64,000 nucleotides of DNA from contig CM035355.1 of NCBI GenBank assembly GCA_020137815.1, positions 5,208,001 to 5,272,000 on the forward strand, given 5' to 3'. Positions within the stretch are counted from its first letter, which is position 1, and the number at the start of each line of letters is the position of its first letter. Positions 12,784 through 23,402 of this stretch are shown one piece after another. A program made the translations under genes and the position numbers. Source of the stretch: Hormiphora californensis (taxonomy: Eukaryota; Animalia; Ctenophora). The notes under the pieces are model-generated. The model was not told the origin of the DNA, searched no databases, and was given only the letters and a program-made list of their open reading frames with translations.

Positions 12784-14731
12784 GCACGTGCAGACCAGGT
12801 TGGCTTCCCTGGTAACAGTGCTGGCGCTAGAGTGTCACCCAACCATCCCATCAGTGGAGACACGGTCGGACAAGCTCTCTCAATTCTTGTTCGACCACCT
12901 CTCGGTGATGGTGTGATCCTTGATCACACTTAAAAATGGGGAAAATTTTGAACTTAGTGTCTAAATTCGAGGCACATCTTCTGATATGTTTGGAGACTTG
13001 GAGCTTTCCATTCTCGATATTGTTGATGTGGGAGCGGTGGAGATTCATTCGTTCACTGAGGGTTCTCCCTGTTTCTCCAATATATTCTCCTCCACATCCG
13101 CTACAGACTATCAGGTAAATCAGGTCTTTGCTTTTGCAGCTCATCGTGTGGTTTCTGGTGAGTACAGTTCCATTTTGGGTAGTGAAGTTCCCCTCCTGAA
13201 TACTAGCTGGGCATGTTTTGCAACGTTTATCCTCACATCGGGTGAATGGTTGGCCCCCTGTTTTATTTTGTTCTATGTATTGGTCCCTCTTCTTGGAGAG
13301 TGAGAGGATTCGACGAAGGTTTGGTGGCTGTCTGCGTGCGGCAATTATCTTTGTTGGCATGCTCGCAGTGGTATGTTTGAGGTTCATACACGCCTGTTTT
13401 AGACGTATGGCTGGGTCTACTATAGTAGGGTTGTAGGTACTGGTAAAGATTATCTGGTCTCTTGGACACGCCCCACCATATGCTAACTTGGTCGTGGCAT
13501 TCTTGATCAACACAAAACTCCTACCCATGATAACGAGCAGCCACAATGAAGAAGCAGCTTCGTACATCAACAAGCATATCAAACTATTTCTTGATGATGG
13601 GTTCCTCTTCCTGGATGAAAAGCAGATCACAGCTAAAGACCTATTGGAGCACCTCAACCAAATGGACCCAGCTATCAAGTTTACTATGGACGTCTCCCCT
13701 ACCGAGATACCGTTTCTGGATGTCCTAATAAAACTCGAGCCTGACCTAGACAACCCTACGAGGACTACAATCATTACCGACATTTACAGTAAACCAACTG
13801 ACAGCTTCAGCTACTTTCACTTCCAATCGTGTGCACCTAGACACGTTAAACGGAACATTCCGTACACACTGGCCCGCAGAATCGCCACGATCGTATCCAG
13901 CAATGAACTAAAGGCCAAAAGACTCGCTGAACTCCGCCCCAAACTCCAACGCCGAGGATACCCAGAAAAAACTAATTGGTGATGCTATCAACAAAGCTGG
14001 GTCACTGGAAAGAAAAACACTGCTCCAAACAAAAGAAAAAGAAGCAGCTCCAAGAGACCAGATAATCTTTACCAGTACCTACAACCCTACTATAGTAGAC
14101 CCAGCCATACGTCTAAAACAGGCGTGTATGAACCTCAAACATACCACTGCGAGCATGCCAACAAAGATAATTGCCGCACGCAGACAGCCACCAAACCTTC
14201 GTCGAATCCTCTCACTCTCCAAGAAGAGGGACCAATACATAGAACAAAATAAAACAGGGGGCCAACCATTCACCCGATGTGAGGATAAACGTTGCAAAAC
14301 ATGCCCAGCTAGTATTCAGGAGGGGAACTTCACTACCCAAAATGGAACTGTACTCACCAGAAACCACACGATGAGCTGCAAAAGCAAAGACCTGATTTAC
14401 CTGATAGTCTGTAGCGGATGTGGAGGAGAATATATTGGAGAAACAGGGAGAACCCTCAGTGAACGAATGAATCTCCACCGCTCCCACATCAACAATATCG
14501 AGAATGGAAAGCTCCAAGTCTCCAAACATATCAGAAGATGTGCCTCGAATTTAGACACTAAGTTCAAAATTTTCCCCATTTTTAAGTGTGATCAAGGATC
14601 ACACCATCACCGAGAGGTGGTCGAACAAGAATTGAGAGAGCTTGTCCGACCGTGTCTCCACTGATGGGATGGTTGGGTGACACTCTAGCGCCAGCACTGT
14701 TACCAGGGAAGCCAACCTGGTCTGCACGTGC

Positions 14732-14775
14732 AAACACCTGAGGATTCAGATTGACTGATGAAACTAGTTGTGTTT
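14732..14775 (+). ncRNA. Minimal type I hammerhead ribozyme
   Basis: AAACAC (stem I), CUGAGGA core, UCAG/CUGA stem II, GAAA, palindromic stem III (AACUAGUU), GUU cleavage triplet, GUGUUU (stem I partner). It lies in the 3' pLTR region, where Penelope elements carry hammerheads. Confidence 0.78.
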
Positions 14776-14799
14776 TATTAACCCCTCGTCTTACTTCTT

Positions 14800-14834
<35 letters not shown>

Positions 14835-15342
14835 GGCCTGTAACGTATGCCAAGAACCCACTTCAAAAAGAGAGAAAACCGAGCTGTTTCCTTCTGTTTT
14901 CCCACTTGCTAAGGTATAAGGGACTGATTGAATATAAATAAGGGACTGTAAAGGATATGTCTACGAGCGTATGTTTGATTTACTTTGTGCAGATAGGAGT
15001 TTTAACATATTTTTCACTTTTTTACGATCATTACTATCGCCTGTAAAATAAAAATCTGCTCTTAATTTGCATCTTTCGTTTCACCATCTCTACGTCATCG
15101 CACTCTTCACTTGGTTCGAGATCACATTACATCGCCTGGTAGCGGTGCCTAATTAGGCAGCTCAACATTGCACCTATCGGCTATCCTGTATCACGTTTCA
15201 CTTTCAGATTCTCATAATAGGTCATGGGAGGCAATTGGAGTTCAAATTTATTCTTGTTCAATTTCTGGTATTAAAAAACTATGTTTTTTCTCGTTTTAAT
15301 AGACGTATAATACACATAAATCATTACAACTCAACAAATAAA

Positions 15343-16701
15343 TCATGCAATTGTGGTAGGACCCTCTTCTTCAGGAATTGAGTCTTGCACTATAGTTAAA
15401 AATTGGGGATAGGACCCATCATTGTCAATTAGATCCTTAATTTTACCGCCAATTTTGGAATCCTGAATTTGTAAGACAATGTTAGCATTGAGAGAGTTCA
15501 GTCCGTTAATTGTTGCACACTGGATCTCGTTTTCTCCTTCCGGTGTCAGTTGATAAGTTCTCCCTTTAGAATCATCTGCAGCCATCGTTCTTAAACAGCA
15601 AGAATTTGTAAAAGTCTGAAGCTTGCTCTTAAACCCTTCAAATGAGGAAGCAAAGGAGGGATTGAGTGCCAGATTGCTGGCAAATTGCTTATCAAAGTCA
15701 CTCAGAACTCGAGTGTAAATGGCGTAATCATACCGTAAAAAGTGTTCCAGTCGCAATTTGGTAGCCGGTGTCAGAACACCCAGCCCGAGACCGACGAAAT
15801 TCTCCCTGACTCTTGGTAAGTACAGCCAGTCTTCCTCAGGTCCTAGACAATACTTCTCCCGGAATAGGAAGAGAGATTTTTGAAGTCGTTCATAAATCAA
15901 GAAGTCTTTGATGTTGTTCAGAGCAAAATGAGTCCATTTTTCTAGCGCCCCTTCGTGTTTTGTGTTAAACTCGTTCTTGAAGGCGTAATCCGTGAGACCG
16001 ATGTGGTATGAAAGTCGATTGTTGCAAGACTGGGAAGATATATAGAACTTTGAGACTTTAACATTTCCCAAGAATCCATCCATATAATCATTGACGTTCT
16101 TGTCGAGCATTAAACTGATCGATTTGTCATCGAGGCGACGTTGGCGTTCGATTTTACTCTGAAGGCAAGCAAAAAATGTCTCCATTGGATCGCGTAAGAA
16201 TCCCAAGACCACTTTTTGACTGCTTCTGAATGCTCCTTTAAAGATCATGTTTATGTTGCCAGGATTATATGGCAGTGATTGACACACGATCCGTGGGTCT
16301 GTCTCTGTTTCCTGTATGTCCGAAGCATGATCCTCTCCATTTGATAAGCCATTCCAGTGCATTGGATGCTCTACATGCATTGCAAAGGATTGCCTGTACT
16401 TTAGTCCGAGATAGTAAAACATGTTTGAAAATACAGTTGCATCGGTGAAGTCAGTCCGGGGGAAGACAAAAAACGCTTTTTGGGTCAGATCACCAAAAGT
16501 TGGCCGATCTTCTGCACAAGTATCCAGGACAAGGTCCTGATCTGGGACGATAGGGTCATCCTCCACCTCTGTAGTGTCTGGAGCGGCGGGGGCAGAGTAG
16601 AGGAGATAACATGATACTAGGAATGCAGCTGCTAGCAGGCAGGTGCGACGTTTAGAGAACATACCTTGGTGTGTAAAGAGTGGTATATTAGAGGATTGCA
16701 A
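15343..16701 (-). CDS. Intronless type II membrane protein, galactose-3-O-sulfotransferase-like (divergent)
   Basis: 452-aa ORF with an N-terminal basic and hydrophobic anchor. FLRDP (3'-PB-like), LIYERLQKSL and DYAIY resemble GAL3ST-family motifs. The start could be the second Met. Confidence 0.65.
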   Translation of the reverse strand: MQSSNIPLFTHQGMFSKRRTCLLAAAFLVSCYLLYSAPAAPDTTEVEDDPIVPDQDLVLDTCAEDRPTFGDLTQKAFFVFPRTDFTDATVFSNMFYYLGLKYRQSFAMHVEHPMHWNGLSNGEDHASDIQETETDPRIVCQSLPYNPGNINMIFKGAFRSSQKVVLGFLRDPMETFFACLQSKIERQRRLDDKSISLMLDKNVNDYMDGFLGNVKVSKFYISSQSCNNRLSYHIGLTDYAFKNEFNTKHEGALEKWTHFALNNIKDFLIYERLQKSLFLFREKYCLGPEEDWLYLPRVRENFVGLGLGVLTPATKLRLEHFLRYDYAIYTRVLSDFDKQFASNLALNPSFASSFEGFKSKLQTFTNSCCLRTMAADDSKGRTYQLTPEGENEIQCATINGLNSLNANIVLQIQDSKIGGKIKDLIDNDGSYPQFLTIVQDSIPEEEGPTTIA

Positions 16702-17737
16702 CTGAGTATTTGGTATGGAACTATGAAAGAAACTAAGCTGAAAGAAACATGCCTAAAACGAGCGAAAACTGTTACAAAACAAATTCAGTACACTAGTAAA
16801 CCCGTTCGCCCTACGGGCGAATTTCAGGGATTTCCGGTTTTCCGAAAAAGGCGTTGCTGCAAGTTGAGAATGGCGTTGAGATCTTGCTTCAGTAACTATC
16901 TCCAGCTGTCGCTGTCTTATATCAGCAGTAGTTGAAGAAGGCATATTTAGCTGGAACACACACAACAAAGCAAGATCAAATGCACGTGCAGCACAGTAGC
17001 AACCATGCCATTGGCAACGGCTCCCATCCCTGGCCCCACTCCAGCTAGTAGTACTCCACCTCTAAACCTGCACGTGCTAAATCCCATATAAGGCAAAAAA
17101 CGTTACACAGGATTTCCCTATTTGCTTTAATAATAGTATGATATTCATACGGTAGTCAATAAAATGGTTGTCGCCACACATAAATCACCAACAAGAAAGA
17201 AAGGGACAAGCTGTAAATATTATTAGAGTTATACACGTAAAGGTCAATGTGTGAGTCGCACACCATCCCATGTTGATAATATAGCTATACCATAGAGAGG
17301 AAAGAGGGGCCAGGGAGGATAAAGTAGGAGCGATAGACCGAATGGGGTAGAGAGGGAGGGAGAGAATAGGGGTTAGAAAAATATAAAAATAGTTAGGATG
17401 AAAGGGAAAAGAGCCACCAAAGGACTCTTGGAACACCAAAGTCCAAACTAGTAGAGTCGATAATTATACCTACTAAACCTAATAGCCTTTTTCTTTATGC
17501 GTCTTCTTTTAGGATAATTAATCATCTTTTCTCCCACTGGCTGTGTACATTTAACCGATAATTTGACAGTCTCGACCAGTTTTTGTAAATTTTAGGGAAG
17601 AATTCAGCAAATCAAGTGGATTAATTTTGTGTACCCACTCTCGACGCCAGGTGTGTCTTTCAAAGAACATTACTCTTATTTTCTAATTTCTCAGATTATC
17701 ATGTTCGCTCCTCAATGGAAAACAACTCTGCTGAGAG

Positions 17738-17839
17738 ATACACAGATAAAACGAAATGAATAGGATCAGATCCTAATTTTCAGCAGAGCTCAGCTGAAAA
17801 TCAGGATCTGATCCTATTCGTTTGGTTTTATTTGTGTAC
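17738..17839. repeat. Imperfect inverted repeat / small MITE remnant
   Basis: GAATAGGATCAGATCCTAATTTTCAGC pairs with GCTGAAAATCAGGATCTGATCCTATTC, with further flanking complementarity. Confidence 0.65.
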
Positions 17840-18814
17840 CTGCTGCAAGTGTAACAGCGTGGTTAAAGCCAATTATGCGATGTTTATTCTTTTCAACCTC
17901 TCACGGCAGTGCATTTTCTAGCAGCTAGCTTCTTGTTTCGCCGTTTCGGTTTGGGAAAATGTTTAGCTAGTACATAATCATGAACGACATTGATATTGCA
18001 AGGAATTAATTTTCTTTACCTCCAAGGAAATCCCTGAAATTTCCATAAATGGTAAAAAATGAACTAAATGACTATCGAAAGTGCTTCCTATAGTTTTTAG
18101 TAACTTCAATTCCTTTTACGGTATATTTAACACTCTGATATAAATCTAGAAATTTAACTGATAGCGTTTAACTTTTCCATTTTCTGCACGAACAGCTGAG
18201 TGCAGAAGAAACTCGACGATTATTGAATTCAGCTTGAGTCTTGCGGATTTAATTCAGCTCGCGAGTGTTGAACTGAAGTTGAGTTGTCATATAATTCTGA
18301 ATATATACTGAAGTCATGCCCAGCTCCTCATCTCACCAGCATCTTTATTCTGACAGACAACATAATACTCAAAGTGAAATTTGAGACTTCCTTCAGTCTG
18401 AAGCTCTGACGTAACTGCTTGTGTTACTGCAGCTCTGTTGTTTTATCTTGATCTAGCTGATTCAATTTAAAAACTTGTCTCAAAACTTGTCTGTAGTTCG
18501 TACATATCTTGTGAAACTCACTACCTCGCCCGTGAATACAGTTTACATTTCCTCCTATAACAGTGATTCTACCAATGTTTCGATCAGCTGCATCTGCTAG
18601 AAGGGATAATCCTGCCTGACAGGGATAATAAGTGATCCAGTTACCATTCAGCTACTTTTTTCCATGTGGTACTAATTCTCAACAGGGGTTTCCACACACT
18701 CTTATCTAGTGATGATGTAGCCCGGTTCCCTTCTCTATATAAACTTGAGTCATTTGTTGTTTTAGTTTTCACTATTCTCTAAATCTTAACCCCATGTATT
18801 ATAGCTCTATCAGA

Positions 18815-21800
18815 ATGTCGGGTGGTGATGATTCTGATACCTGTGTGGCGGGGCTCCGGATCCTGGATGCCATTCTGGCAAACCCAGAGAATAAGCAGTG
18901 TGTGGACTGTGGTGCGATGGATTGTTCGTGGGCCAGTACCACCCTGGGGTGTTTTGTGTGCATTTGGTGCAGTGGAATACACAGGTACTTTTAGATTTAC
19001 TACATAGTAAGCAGTAGTTCGAATTCCCCCACACGGCAGCTGCAAGTCTGTGTGTGTGTGTGTGTGTGCGTGTGTTCGGCACCTCCCGTCGTTCCACCCC
19101 ATGCTGAGGTTATTGATGACCCCTCAGCCAAGTCTGTGTGTATGTTAGTGTAGCAGGTGCGGGTATTTTCTGCAAGGTCTTTGGGTAATCGTGTAATTTT
19201 GAAACGGATATATGTAATAATAAGTAACTTATGATTGGCAGCCTATTTTATATTATATATTATATTTAGGCTAATAAAACGATTTTTCTTTCTTATATGT
19301 ACAAGCTGTGAGTGCGGATCTTGTGTTAGACTAAACTTTTACACCTCGCTCTCCTGTCACAGTGTCACACACATAATGCGACCATCCAGCTGTGTGTCAC
19401 ATAAAAAATGCGACCATCCAGCAGCTGGATTCCAGCTGGGTGGTATTGTGGATTTTCAGCATATTTCATCACACAATAATTACACACACACCTTCCCAGC
19501 GTTATAGCTCTCTCTGTTTCTCCCTATCCAAACCTATCACCAGGAATTTTGTTCCCGAACATAGTTTTTAAAAGGGAACGCTTTTCTTCATTTACTGTGA
19601 TTTCTACCAACACCTTTTCACCCCAGATCTTCTGACTTCTGTCCAACACAACACCGGCCACACAATGCGACCCCACACCACCTCGGACCTCCCCAAAATA
19701 ATACGGGAGGGGGGTTCCAACCCAATAACACCCTTTCAACCCCACACCACCAACACAATACACCCTTTTCAGGCAGATTGGTGTGCACATAACGCGGATC
19801 AAATCAGTACAGCTTGATAGCTGGGAGGATAGTGATTGTGTGGTAGGTACCAATCAGGAACCGACCGAAACAAGTAAACAACCAATCAGAACTCGTTATT
19901 TAGGTCACGTGACTGGTTATCAGCCAATCAGGGACCAGTATTTCCTGGTTCGGTCGGTTCCTGGTACAAATTTAGGATTTACCATATCAATTATCAATTA
20001 GAATTTAGTTAGTTAGTGTGATAGGTTTTTTAGTTTTTCTATTAATCCTGAACTGCTCTAATACCCATGGAAAAAAGAGGGTTGGTGACGCGGTCACCCC
20101 TACACTAGGGCCGCACGAAGCGCGGCAAACGAAGCCGGGGATGTCATCACCAAAAAAGAGGGTAGAATTGTCATCCTACGCTATAAATAACATCATTACT
20201 TCATATGCCGATCAACAATGACAAATCCATATCAATGATATGGATTTGTCATTGTCACAGGAGTATGCCGAATCCTTTCAACCACATACACAATCTGACA
20301 ATCGTTAATGCTAAATATGGTAGCAGTCAGTCAAGCTATCATTTAATAGCGAACTGTACTTATGGTAATCCCGCCCTAAATGTTATCACCAATTTACCCA
20401 GGCGCTGCACAAGAACGGGAATGCAAAAGTCGAAAATCTGTATGCATCAAACCGACCGGAAATCTACAAAAAACCAATTCCCTCATCGCCACCGTGAGTT
20501 TGATAGATTTATCCGTATATCATTTATTGATAGCAGGGTCCGGGGCAACCAATTTAATACATTGTGCGATTGTTGTCATTCACCAGAGTTTGGCTTTCCT
20601 TCAATAGGGCTATTCAACATTTTGTCTTTGTTTGTTTACATAAGAGAAGTATACCGACATTTGAAGTGTTTATACCAGGCCTAGTCCAACAATGTTTATT
20701 GTAGGATGTAGAATGCTGGTCATCCCCAGCTCATCATAATCTCGATTACTCCAATACTCCATTCCTATTCAGAATGCTGATAGAACACTGGATTCGAGCG
20801 AAGTACGAGTGGAAAGAGTTCCATAAAGACGCGGCCCAGTCTCCCATGTATCTCAAAGGTAAAAAACTAGGTCGATGGACTTGCCTCGAGTTCCAGACTA
20901 ATTACTTTGTTTCACACAGGTGTCAAAAGTGGGACACTGCTGAAGAAGGGGAAAGAGAGGGGATGCTGGTTACCTCGTCATTTTATCCTGGACCGAGTTT
21001 CAAATTCTATTTCATACTACGATAAAGCCTCGACCACGGTGGGAAGACTTATGCACCACACAATTTACGGACAGACGCAACAGGACAGACAGGCAGGGTT
21101 TTTTATTTTTGATTTGGAAACCTGCAAACCTAATTACCTACAGCTGAGACCCTAATTATTGAAAGAAGAATGGCCCTGATAACTCTGAAAGACGACTCAA
21201 TTAACTGAAATTACTGACATTTTTATTTACCCGTTTTTAACTTGACACTTAAATTTTTAATCCTTTTTCCGTTGATAGGGTCAGAAAATCCTCGGACAGA
21301 TTGATTTAACACGGTGTTATGTGCTGATACCAAACGAGAAAATGACGGATAAACCCAACACCCTTCACTTCCTTTTTCACGAGGGGAAGCAGATGAGAAG
21401 TGTATATGTCAGCGGTCCCACGAACAGGGTAGGTACTTCCTGGGTATTCAATTACACTAGTTATCGGTCAAATCTCGATAGCTGTTCCAAAGTCTTGAAA
21501 CCAAAGTTTCATCTTTTTGTCTCAGGAGATAGTCGAATGGTATTATGCGATTAGAACTCTGCAAACACAACTTGGATTCAGCCGGAACTGTGTGGTATGT
21601 AAAAATCTTGATCTTGTTCAATAGATTAATCGATATTACAATAACTAACAAGTAACAACCAAGAATTGGTCCTAAAATTGAGGTTTTCCGATAAAATCTT
21701 GTTCCGACTTGATTGTTGTAGCGCGCGATGTGCTAGATTAGATAAAAGTATCCCTTCAAGCAATGCAACGCGCAACCCATGTGGTTGTGTTAGCCGCGCG

Positions 21801-23196
21801 CGCATGTACAAATGTACACAATACAAGCTGATATATAATGTATTCAGTCATATAATTGTGTACATTTGATATCCTGTACATACAGGGTAGTAACCCGAGT
21901 TTTAGGAATTTCTCTTAGTCCTTAGAACAACTCCTTTCAGGAGACAATTCACGAATCGTTTTTGTCAAAAACACCGCCAGAAGGAAAAGGGAAATGGAGA
22001 AACAGATGGTGTATTTTGGTTGCAGATCGAATTCTCTACTACAAGCACTTTTTGGTAAGAAGCACACAGTGGCCTTTTGGTGGTCACTAAGAATTTGACG
22101 AAAATTTTCTTTTGCACCTATCTGGTAGCTTTTTTGACGTAGAATCAAATGCACCCCTCACTCATGCCTTGATTTTTTGAGGAAAGTGGTGTTTTTCCAA
22201 AAAGAAGGGTAATTGAAAAATTTTCGAAAAATTTTTTATGGACTTATCTGGTAGCTTTTTTGACGTAGAATCAAATGCACCCCTCACTCATGCCTTGATT
22301 TTTTGAGGAAAGTGGTGTTTTTTCAAAAAGAAGGGTTTTTCGAAAATTTTCCAAAAACCCTTCTTTTTGAAAAAACACCACTTTCCTCAAAAAATCAAGG
22401 CATGAGTGAGGGGTGCATTTGATTCTACGTCAAAAAAGCTACCAGATAAGTTCATAAAAAATTTTTCGAAAATTTTCCAAAAACCCTTCTTTTTGAAAAA
22501 ACACCACTTTCCTCAAAAAATCAAGGCATGAGTGAGGGGTGCATTTGATTCTACGTCAAAAAAGCTACCAGATAAGTCCATAAAAAATTTTTCGAAAATT
22601 TTTCAATTACCCTTCTTTTTGGAAAAACACCACTTTCCTCAAAAAATCAAGGCATGAGTGAGGGGTGCATTTGATTCTACGTCAAAAAAGCTACCAGATA
22701 GGTTCAAAAAAATATTTTCCTTAATGACCACCTACTCCCATGAAAAAGGCCACTGTGAAGCATATATGCTCATAAAGTATATTTACAGACAACCAAACAG
22801 CTTGACTCACTAGAATTAATATTTCCCTCTCGTATTTCAGGACCCCTTCCCAAAAGGTGTTGTAAATTTAGAATCGGGAAACACCATTGAAAAGCTTTAT
22901 GATACTCCAAAACATCTCAAATCAGGACCAGACTACAAATTTGTTCTTACAACGAAAAAAAGGTAAAGTAATGCTTTTAATTAGCAGACCTAGGTATGTT
23001 CAATTTGACACAGTATTTGTCTGCCAAGTCATTTCTAAATCTCTCTAGCTATGGAGTGAAACGTGCAATACGCTCACAAATTTCTAAATTCCATCTCTTT
23101 AGGACGTACTATTGGGGAACCCAGAACGAGGAGACGTGTTTGAAATGGATTAACACAATCTCAGGGGTCATTGGCTCTCTCTGGGAGGGGGAATGA
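18815..23196 (+). CDS. ADAP1: ArfGAP with dual PH domains (centaurin-alpha/ADAP), 10 exons
   Basis: Exons 18815-18984, 19773-19842, 20402-20493, 20773-20858, 20920-21038, 21279-21428, 21526-21594, 21941-22054, 22841-22962 and 23103-23196. ArfGAP zinc finger CVDC-x16-CIWCSGIHR, IKSVQLDSW and WIRAKYE, then two PH domains (KSGTLLKKG...EWYYAIR; WRNRWCIL...KWINTI). ADAP1 versus ADAP2 cannot be resolved. Confidence 0.88.
19855..19963. mobile_element. 109-bp hAT-type MITE, copy 1
   Basis: TIR CAGGAACCGACCGAA; near-perfect 8-bp TSD GTACCAAT/GTACAAAT; located in ADAP intron 2. Confidence 0.85.
22065..22757. mobile_element. Non-autonomous Transib-like element
   Basis: Termini CACAGTGGCCTTTT...AAAAGGCCACTGTG with a perfect 5-bp TSD AAGCA. 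The interior is ~126-bp units, two forward and three inverted. Confidence 0.85.
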
Positions 23197-23402
23197 AGAG
23201 AGAGAAATAAACTCTTAATGTGGGAGAAATGTCAAACATCATAAACAACGCAACAATTCTCAGAGTGCCAACAAATTGAGAAACTGTGACAAAATTATAT
23301 ATACGACCCCGGACTATAACTCTGTAATTGTTTATGTGGTTGAATTGTGTGAAGGAATTTCTTGAGAACGTTTTTGTGACCTAACCCAAGTATTGTCTGT
23401 TA

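Larger units (their letters stand above)
12673..14802 (+). mobile_element. Penelope-like retroelement (Neptune-type), 5'-truncated with an inverted 3' copy
   Basis: The RT starts at APPYANL (13467) and continues through FLDDGF, IPFLDV and YSKPT; then a linker CxxxxCxxC (CEDKRCKTC) and a GIY-YIG nuclease (LIYLIVC...EYIGETGR) ending at 14664. About 12712-13466 is the reverse complement of about 14049-14803. (AT)n tracts lie on both sides. One extra A at ~13970 shifts the frame. Confidence 0.93.

Noticed and set aside
12851-13783. 310-aa minus-strand ORF as a stand-alone GIY-YIG gene
   Set aside because: It is a chimera of antisense RT sequence and the inverted 3' arm of the Penelope element.
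13978-13982. TGA in the Penelope ORF as selenocysteine or readthrough
   Set aside because: It is out of frame once one A is removed from the A-run at ~13970 (PEKLIGDAINK), so it is a simple frameshift.
19783-20001. ORFs containing [22 protein letters not shown] (also at 60348 and 60589)
   Set aside because: They are translations of a 109-bp non-coding MITE.
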